Assembly (NCBI GenBank): GCA_030770535.1
Contig: JASVEC010000003.1
Location: 1,178,001-1,242,000 of the forward strand
DNA: 64,000 nucleotides
Reading direction: 5' to 3'
Source: Batkoa obscura
Taxonomy: Eukaryota
The translations under genes were made by a program, and so were the position numbers. The notes beneath the pieces are model-generated. The model worked only from the letters and a program-made list of their open reading frames with translations, did no database searches and was not told the origin of the DNA. Of this stretch, positions 55,215-64,000 are shown in pieces; position 1 is the first letter of the stretch, and every line of letters starts with the position of its first letter.

Positions 55215-55718
55215 ATGTATACTGTTATCAGTTTTATATTTATTTTACCAAATACTAAATATTAATTAAGTAATACATTGGTAAAGCGGATAGTTTGAGT
55301 GTTTGTTAATAGAGCAAGCTAATAGCAAAATTTTTTAAGTTTTTTAATATCAATTTTTTTTAAATCAGTAAATCTTAAATATTCAGATTTAAAGTCAGAA
55401 TATATACAAAAAGTTCCCAAACTTACAATATTTTTACTTAGTATTAAGGATTCAGCTTAAAATAATATTTTTAAAGATTCAACCAAAGCAATAGTGAGAT
55501 TTAATAAAGTTAAAATGCTTAAGCAACTTATACTATCAAACTATTTAGTAATAATAGCATCATATTTTCTTTAAATTATGACTTTTATATTATATATAAA
55601 ATTTATATTTTGCAAATCAATTGCATTTTAGTTTTATATCTTAAGTCTAATATTTTCAAATATTCAAATCTATTTTTAATATAATTAATACTTCTGCAAT
55701 TTAAATGACCCTTAGAGT

Positions 55719-56214
55719 TGTGAAAGTTGATACTCAATAATAGAAGTTAAAAGCTACTCTTGCTTAATTAACTTGCCTTGAGTCGAACGGTCTTAGTTTA
55801 TGCAACTAAGATAGACTTAAATGAATAGGAATAATACGTAATAAGTTACGAATTATGTAAAACAAATAGAATAGACAATACTATTGTAAAATCTACCTAA
55901 GATGTTGTCAGAAAGACTTAGTGGCTTTATTGATAGTACGATATCAGGGGGTAACTCAATTAAAAAGCATCGAGTTATCATGTTAAAGAATCTCTTTTAT
56001 ACTTCAACAAGTACGGATATCAAAACGAGAGGATATCATTCTTTGTGATATGAAGTTATAAATCCTCAGAGCAAATCAAAACAAGGAACTCTGGATTGAT
56101 TATACCACATGATTTACGGTTAAATTGGTTACAAGACTACCACTAGCTTTGTAAACAAGTTCAATGATTATTATCTTATAATTAATCCGAGAGCTGACAA
56201 ACCAATATTTCACA
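55719..56214 (-). mobile_element. Solo-LTR-like element with variant 5' (U3-like) region
   Basis: TG...CA ends; perfect 4-bp TSD GAGT/GAGT. Confidence 0.85.
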
Positions 56215-56737
56215 GAGTATACTTTAAGTTTCTTTAGTTTATTTTCTTTCAAGTAGTTAATAAAGCTATTGATGAAATAATCTTTTTTCCAGTAACTTTA
56301 AGTTTTTCAATCTGAGTAAGGTAATGACTAAATAGCTTAAGTATTTAGTCGAATTTGATAGTATAAATACTTATTTTTTTCAAATTTAATAACTGAATGT
56401 TTATATAAGCATTATATAAAATATTATAGTCACAACTTGGTTTAAAATGGATAAATTCTAAATTTAAGAAACATATGGTTATATATTGAAATAAGCCATT
56501 GTTAATATTTATATGTTTTATCAATTTAAATTTTTTTTAATAAATTTGAGTTAATAAAAGCAAAGTTTTCTGTATTTACATTAGTTATAAGTAAATTAAG
56601 TTAAGTTTAATTTAATAGCTTTAAAGGCATATTGATATAAATATTTATTTAAAAAGCATAAGTCAAATAATTCAGTTGGGCGCGTAGACATTTAAATATT
56701 TTTTCAAAAATAAAATCTGGCAAATATTTAAATCTAA

Positions 56738-57199
56738 TGTGAAAGTTGGTACTCAGTGGTAGGAGTTAAAAACAGTTCTTGCTTGGTTAACTTGTCTTGA
56801 GTCGAACGGTCTTAGTTTATACAACTAAGATAGACTTAAATGAATAGGAATAATACGTAATAAGTTACAGACTATGTAAAACAAATAGAATAGACAATAC
56901 TATTGTAAAATCTACCTAAGAAGTTATCAGAAAGACTTAGTGGCTTTATTAATAATACGATATCAGGGAGTAATTCAGTTAAAAAGCCTCGAGTTATCAT
57001 ATTGAAGAATCTCTTTTATACTCCAATAAGTATGGATATTAAAAGGAGATAATATTCTTTGAAATATGAAGTTATAAATTCTCGCAGCAAATCAAAATAA
57101 GGGACTCTGACTTGATTGTATTTGAACTTGAGAACACAACAACTTAAATGATTGTTGTGTTATAATCAATCTGAGAGCTAAGTAAAGCAATATTTCACA
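56738..57199 (-). mobile_element. Solo-LTR-like element
   Basis: TG...CA ends; perfect 4-bp TSD CTAA/CTAA. Confidence 0.88.
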
Positions 57200-57981
57200 C
57201 TAATTAGATTATTAAAATTAAATAATCTATTAGCAATTGGCATATTAAATAATGCTTGTAATCTGGATACCGCTTTTCAACTGGGTCCTGGTGAAAATTT
57301 AGGTCCAACTGGAAAAACAGGCCCTGTTAATATACATAGCTCAATTTGATTCCTAGACGCTATTAATATAAAAGCTCTAAGGTGAGCCATAAATAACTTT
57401 GAATTTCTATCTAGAAATTTTAAACCAAATGAAATGGTGCTGACGTACTGGACCCAACTAGCATACTGAGTTCAGTTAATATATTGAAACCCACTGGAAG
57501 ATTAAAATCCGCTGGAGTATTGGCATAAAATGGCTCATTTAGATTAAATAGGGTATTTAAATCAACTGGTAGATTAAATTCATCGGGGATATTGAGTTCA
57601 TCGCGGATGTCATTAAATTCGTTAGAGATATTTTCATCAAGTGTGAAATTTAAATCTGTTGGCATATTGAAATTTGCAGACATATTGGGATCCGTTAACA
57701 TATCAAAATTTACAGCCATATCGGATTCCATTGGCTTTTCTGGACTATCATCCAAATTAAACCCATTTTACATATTAAAGTTGTCTAACATCTTAAATTA
57801 AATGAATCAAGAATGATTATAATTTTATCTTCACTTATGAATTTATCTTTGTTTTAAGACAAGATCAAGACGAAATTTACAATGTATAACAAGATTATTG
57901 ACCAAGTGATCATAGCGTTTGCTATTTGAAAATAAAAAACCAATCATAGATGCTAGTAACAAATAAGGAATTCGTCACTGG

Positions 57982-58443
57982 TGTGAAATATTGCTTTACT
58001 TAGCTCTCAGATTGATTATAACACAACAATCATTTAAGTTGTTGTGTTCTCAAGTTCAAATACAATCAAGTCAGAGTCCCTTATTTTGATTTGCTGCGAG
58101 AATTTATAACTTCATATTTCAAAGAATATTATCTCCTTTTAATATCCATACTTATTGGAGTATAAAAGAGATTCTTCAATATGATAACTCGAGGCTTTTT
58201 AACTGAATTACTCCCTGATATCGTATTATTAATAAAGCCACTAAGTCTTTCTGATAACTTCTTAGGTAGATTTTACAATAGTATTGTCTATTCTATTTGT
58301 TTTACATAGTCTGTAACTTATTACGTATTATTCCTATTCATTTAAGTCTATCTTAGTTGTATAAACTAAGACCGTTCGACTCAAGACAAGTTAACCAAGC
58401 AAGAACTGTTTTTAACTCCTACCACTGAGTACCAACTTTCACA
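57982..58443 (+). mobile_element. Solo-LTR-like element, apparently identical to 56738-57199 in inverted orientation
   Basis: 462 bp; TATA-like tataaaag at 58161 and AATAAA at 58231; flanks CTGG/CTAG. Confidence 0.88.
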
Positions 58444-59035
58444 CTAGTCATTTAAATTTACTCCAGTTAATTAAAAATTTAAAAAATTAAAATCCTAATA
58501 TATGTAAAAACTAAAAATAACAGTATAAAGTTGTCTAGAAATTAAAATGTTATCTACTTTTAATCCCTATGTTTTAACTCAATTAAAATTCAAGAATTAA
58601 GGTTGATAGTTTGCTATTATTTTAATATTGACGTCCAAATATCTTTTATCTTATCAATTATCATAGTATTTATAGTTGTGCTTTATATTATCCATAGATA
58701 TTGAAGTGAGATTTTGGTATAAATAACCTTAGTCTTTTCCAACGTTCTGACTAATTAAAGCTACACAGTTGTCTTTAACTATATAAAAGCCACATGCTTA
58801 TTTTAGTTGTAAAAAGATTGCGCAAAGACTAAGGATATTCATAATAGAATCTCCCGATATTAATGCATAAAAAGCTTTAACATATAATATTGATATTGCT
58901 TTATAAAGAATAAATTCCAATAGTTAAAATTTTGAAACTTTCATTTTATGCGTTAAATGAATAAGGATAACGTTTATTTATAAAAATAAATAAAGGAAAG
59001 GAAGAGGAATACTAAAACCATAATAAAGTCTGACC

Positions 59036-60532
59036 TATTTTAACTTTATTCAAGTTAATAAGGAAATTTGTGACTTATTACTAGAACTTAAAGTTATATC
59101 ATTAATACTTAAAGTAATAAATAATAAAAGAGTGGTAAGAGTATAGTTAACAATGGTACTAATATTCATTAAGCAAAAGTTATCAACTTTCGATAATTAA
59201 GGTTTGGAAAAAGAAACAAAAAACAAAGGAAATCTTTAAATAAAATTTCTAATACATCGATTCCAATTTTTAATAAACTACATTTAATTGAAGTATATTT
59301 TGCTTTATAAAGATCCTCGCTATTATAGATATATCCATCAAATATTGGTATAGGAAGAAAAATAAAGTTATGGAAACGAATTGTTTGAATATTTGATAAG
59401 ACAGAAACTACTTTCGAAAGTTCTCTTGATAACTCTGCAACATAAATCTCTTTCAAAGTTGACAGCTTCAAATGATCATAATCAATTGAATCATTTACTC
59501 TAAAGTATCCCAAACTTATAATATCATCATCTTCAATTAATTTTATATTATTATAGCTATGAGCGGAATCGATACTATTAATAAAATAACCAAAATCAAA
59601 ATGACCTATTAATTCAATACTTTTTGACTCCTCTAAATCACCAAGACATTTAATAATATCAGTATCAAACTTTCCATGAACCCAAGTTCAAATTAGAAAC
59701 AAAGCTTATATCTGAATCAATCCTACCATAATTATAAATGTGCTTGATTTTAAATGTAACATTCTCAAATTGCTAAATTTGGTTTTAATTAAAATTAATC
59801 CATCAAGAAGTAATTCATTATCCGAGTATATCTTAAGTGAATTTAATATGCTTAGATTTAAATCTTCAGCTACTTTTGAAATATACATGTCTACCTGATC
59901 GATCCCATCAACTTCAAATACTTCAAGCTGGCTTAAATGACAATGTAATAGCTTTAATGATTTCATAGTATTGTGGCAATTTATTGTAATTTTCTTTAAC
60001 TTTGATAATTGAAGATTTACTTCTACTTTGACGTCTCATTCAGTATCATCACTGTTGTAGCTATCATTAGTATCATAATCATCACTACTATCACTATTAC
60101 AATTATCCCTATCACCGCTATTGTAGCTATAACATTGTCACTATTGCTGTTACTTCCATTATCATCACTATAGTAATTATCACTATCGCTATTGACATCA
60201 CTAGTAGATACATCAGTATAATAAATAGACATTACATTTGGACAATGAATTAACCAATCCAGATTACTATCAAAGATATTTAAATGTTTCATTAATAAAT
60301 CATTTTGTATAATAAATTTATTTTGAAATTGTAGATATTGTTGATAGTTTAGATTATTTTTATATTCATGCTAATTATAAATCGAATGACTACCATTAGT
60401 ATAGATAACTCGAATTACTATCGTATATAAATGTTTACTCAAAAAACACAAGTCGAATAGCTCAAATGGATTCAACTGTTCAAATATGGACTCTAATAAT
60501 AGATCAGAAAGTTGTGAAAATTCTATTGTCAT
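59036..60532 (-). pseudogene. F-box/LRR-like family pseudogene with an Asp/Ser/Asn-rich insertion
   Basis: MTIEFSQLSDLLLESIFEQLNPFELFDLCFLSKHLY start, HCPNV, LSQLEVF, LSTLKEIYV and FLFLFPNL; stops and frameshifts. Confidence 0.8.
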
Positions 60533-61242
60533 TTTTAAAATTAAAACATAATAAAGAGGTTTCAGTTGGCCTTTTCTATACTTTATAGTTTGTGTTCTTT
60601 ATAAATTTTAATTTAATATTGACTAAAAAATATATAATATCATTGACTAGAAATATGTAATTTTTATGTCTTAAGTATGTAAATCAAGTTGAAAAAGACT
60701 AAAATGTTTGTAAAATATTGATAAAAAGGTTAAACTATCATTAATAAGGAGGGTCACAAGTTTAACCTCTTAAAAATAATGTAAAATTATTAATTATATT
60801 ATGATAGCAATACAGTAAAAAAATCACTTATTGGATGGGTAGTTGGACTTTAGTCGTAATTTTTAAATATTACAATATAGAATAAATGTTAATCTTAAAG
60901 TTGCTATGTAGATAAAATTTCAGTCAATAATATAATTGATATTGAACCACCTTAATAAAGATCATTTAATTTTTTTACAAACAATTTTTAATTGTACTAT
61001 TAAATATTTGACTCTTACCTTCAATAAACATCTTTAAAAGAAAACGAAATTAAAATATCAAAATCATTATTAATTCAAAGTCTACGAACTAGTCCTGCTA
61101 ACTCATTTATCGCTATTATTTTTTTATTTCTTACATCATTGTCTGTTTAAACAAGTATAATTCTTTAATAAAATCAGAACCCTGGCTAGTCAACATAAAA
61201 TTTCAAAAGTTTACCCTCATTATATTAATCAAAGACTACACT

Positions 61243-63254
61243 TTAAATCAATGAGTTTAAAAGTGAAAATAGATCATTTGAATACTGATGATTTTCAATA
61301 GCAAGTTGCATAATATCTTCTCTACACGAAGATATAAGACTATGTAACTCAGTTGTCGAAGCCAATCTTTTCAAAGTGCCTACTAATAACTGAGGTATAA
61401 TTTGTTGAATACTAGCCTCATCATCAATCTCATGATTGTTTACAACTTTATCACCAAGATCATTCTCTGTCTCCTGCTCCGGTTCAATGTTTTTACTATT
61501 TAACATTAAATAACTTGCCAGATATTCTTCTGGTAAATCATAACTAGCTGTAAAATCAATCAAATGAACTTTAAAATGTTCAATAAAATAAGTGCGATTA
61601 TCAATACCATTGGGATATTGTTGACAATTATCCCATTTACAATAATATCTTTTGAGTCCATGGGGTGCGTGTACTGCTCTAAAATGAGAAAGCTCATCTG
61701 CTTTGGTTAATACCATACGTGTACAACCATCCCATTTACATATATAGTGTCGAATATTACTTCGATTAATTGTCGATTTTAATTCTTTGGTTGAGGTGGT
61801 GCTAGCGAGAGCATTGTGGTAAGAATTAGTTGAAGCATTGATGGGAGTTGAATGTGTTGTTGTTGGTGGCATCTTTTTTGGGCAAATACCTTCATAATAT
61901 AAATACCATTTATCATTCTTTTTCTTATTAACTATTTTTGCTGTTGGAAAGGTGGATAGTACTATTTTAGTTAATTTATTACTATGGTGTAACATAAAGG
62001 ACATGACATTAATATTAATTAGTTTACAAAATTCTCCATATACTTCGGAGATTGGAATCATCATCTTTGAATTTGCTTGGTATTTCAAATTCAACCTAAA
62101 TTTTTTATTAGTTATTAACTAAGTGACTATAAATTTGCTTACCAATTTTGAAACTGCTTTGATTCTTTAAGTTTAGCACTTTCTGAAGAAGCATCAAAAT
62201 ATAAGGAATCTTCTCTTTTATCCGATAAATAAGTCCTTAACAAACTTAAAAAGGTACGATATAAATTGCCTGGAAAACTTAAAATAAAAGCTGAAAAGTC
62301 TTCCAAAGCAAAATAAGCATACAATGAAAAAAATTCAGCTGTATGACAAACTAATTCCTCATCATAAGATAAAGTAATCAATTCAATAGCTCTTTGGACA
62401 TAAACTTTAGATTGTAAAAAATCGGAAGCTTTTGAGCATTCTTTACCTAATAGTATCCTCGACATGCATCTCAGTGAAGAGATTATTTTAGATCGATCAT
62501 AACTGTTTAAGAGCTGATATAGGCTTAAAAACATTTCCTTATCCATCCTTATAAAAGAACATGCATTTTCAAATAAATCAAGGCAATGACTTATAAGTTC
62601 CGGATACCCTTTAGTGTCCATAAAAGAGGTTAAAGGAATCTCGCAACTCATCAACTGTTTAATAGTCTTCAAAATTATCTTTGAGTTACAAATCAACTTT
62701 GCGTTGGCTGGTATTAAGCTGAAGTTCCTTAAAATTAGTATGGTTACCAGAAAATGTTCTGAGACTAAACTTCCATGCTTCTGATCAAGAGTGTTGTTAA
62801 AATTCTGAAATTCTTCTTGTGTTATTTCTTCCAATTTTTCAAAAAGCAATATATTGTTATCTAATGTATAACTTGGTGGACAAAAATAAGACCATTCAAT
62901 AAGCAGCTCAAAAGCCCACGAAATCTCATTAGGCAACCCACTTTCTAAAGCTAAATAAAGTCGATCCGTGTTTAGCATCCAATCAAAATCTAGATGGTAA
63001 TATAATTATGCTCTAATTAAAGTTTACTTTCTAAAATGATTTAGTCGCTTACCTAGTGGCCCATGATAAAACTCAGTTAACTCTCTTTTAAATAAATGTT
63101 CTGGTAAATTATTGCTAGTCTCCGGTCCAAGTGTTTGAATTGGAATTGGAGTGCTAGAATCAAAGGAGTCTGGTCTTGGTAAAATGCTGGCTCTTGTAAC
63201 TATCCTTGGTAATGTGTTTACAAATTGAAAGCTATTGGCACTTGATTGACTCAT
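61243..63254 (-). CDS. RSC9: RSC9/ARID2-like chromatin-remodelling subunit; exons 63053-63254, 62143-62989, 61243-62095
   Basis: RLYLALESGLPNEISWAFELL signature, helical region with ILRNFS, RFX-like segment (ISEVYGEFC...TFPTA...YYEGI) and two C2H2 fingers (CKWDGC..H...H, CKWDNC..H..H). Confidence 0.78.
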
Positions 63255-63795
63255 AGTTTTTTTTGAATTTTAAAAGCAAAAAATCAATTCTTTTTATAAG
63301 TTAGTTTAATATTTAGCTTGATTTATTGCAACTTTTGCAATTAAGTGTGAATGCCATAAAAACCACTCCTTTAATTAACAAGTACTATTTGGCGCTTTTT
63401 GGCTAAGAGGGCCAATTTGTATGTGATTATTATGAGAAAATATATTACTCAGTCAGTTTCACTTTAACTGATACTTTGATTAATTGACATTGTTTCCTAT
63501 CAATTGTCATATTTTCTATCCCTTTTAGCTTAAAAATTGCTAAATTTAGAAATCTTCGAGTAAACGCAAAATGAATTATTATAAAAAATTTAAGCTTTCC
63601 TAAAAAACAGGTCCTTTTTTCAGAAATAAAGTGCTGGCCCAAAATATATAAATCTAATCAAAAAGTGAAAAATGGATTCAACCATGCTTTAATTCTAAAA
63701 TAATAAAAGATGTTTTTAACTATTTTTAACTTAACAACAAATATATTTACTATGGTAACTTAATATAAAGAATTCAAAAACAGCATAATATAAGG

Positions 63796-64000
63796 TGTGA
63801 AAGCTGGTACTCAGTGGTTGGAGTTAAAAGCAGTTCTTACTTGATTAACTAGCCTTGAGTCGAAAAGTCTTAGTTTATGTAACTAACATAGACTTAACTT
63901 AATAGGAATAATACGTAATAAACTACGAACTATGTAAAACAAATATAATAGGAGATACTACTGTATAATCTACGTAAGATATTGTCAGAAAGACTTAGTA
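63796..64000 (-). mobile_element. LTR of the same family, truncated by the window edge
   Basis: tgtgaaagctggtactcagtgg... matches the start of 56738. Confidence 0.85.

Larger units (their letters stand above)
54630..57791 (-). pseudogene. Pseudogenised tandem paralogue of 51897-53588, interrupted by three solo LTRs
   Basis: Start context and MLDNFNM match MSNNFNM; ELFDLCFLNKYL-like segment near 56640-56680; ggaacaggtgca near 54697 matches 52018; 3' boundary approximate. Confidence 0.75.

Noticed and set aside
55719..57199. TRIM-like element (two co-oriented LTRs around 523 bp)
   Set aside because: Each LTR has its own perfect TSD, their 5' regions differ, and the spacer is F-box pseudogene sequence with no PBS or PPT

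Overview
Very AT-rich eukaryotic DNA with short GT-AG introns. Gene content suggests an early-diverging fungus, possibly Conidiobolus-like Entomophthorales (inference only). Housekeeping genes: a tandem DOMON / DOMON-cytochrome b561 pair, sulfite reductase beta subunit (MET5-like), a patatin TGL-type lipase, a Rim4-like RRM protein, kinesin-3 (Unc104/KIF1-like), a Zn2Cys6 factor and an RSC9-like subunit. An unstable accessory layer sits among them. (1) Three copies of a 122-aa secreted Cys-rich protein of unrecognised family; two are identical and lie in near-identical 1.5 kb inverted arms around sulfite reductase, next to much more decayed sulfite-reductase 3' fragments. (2) Six F-box/LRR-like paralogues, five of them pseudogenes. 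(3) Twelve copies of a ~98 bp GGGG...CCCC MITE with 4-bp target-site duplications, plus a 1.46 kb relative. (4) Seven solo-LTR-like elements. Decayed regions appear to keep G/C mainly as GpC, which hints at context-biased C-to-T erosion. No rRNA, tRNA or CRISPR features were recognised.
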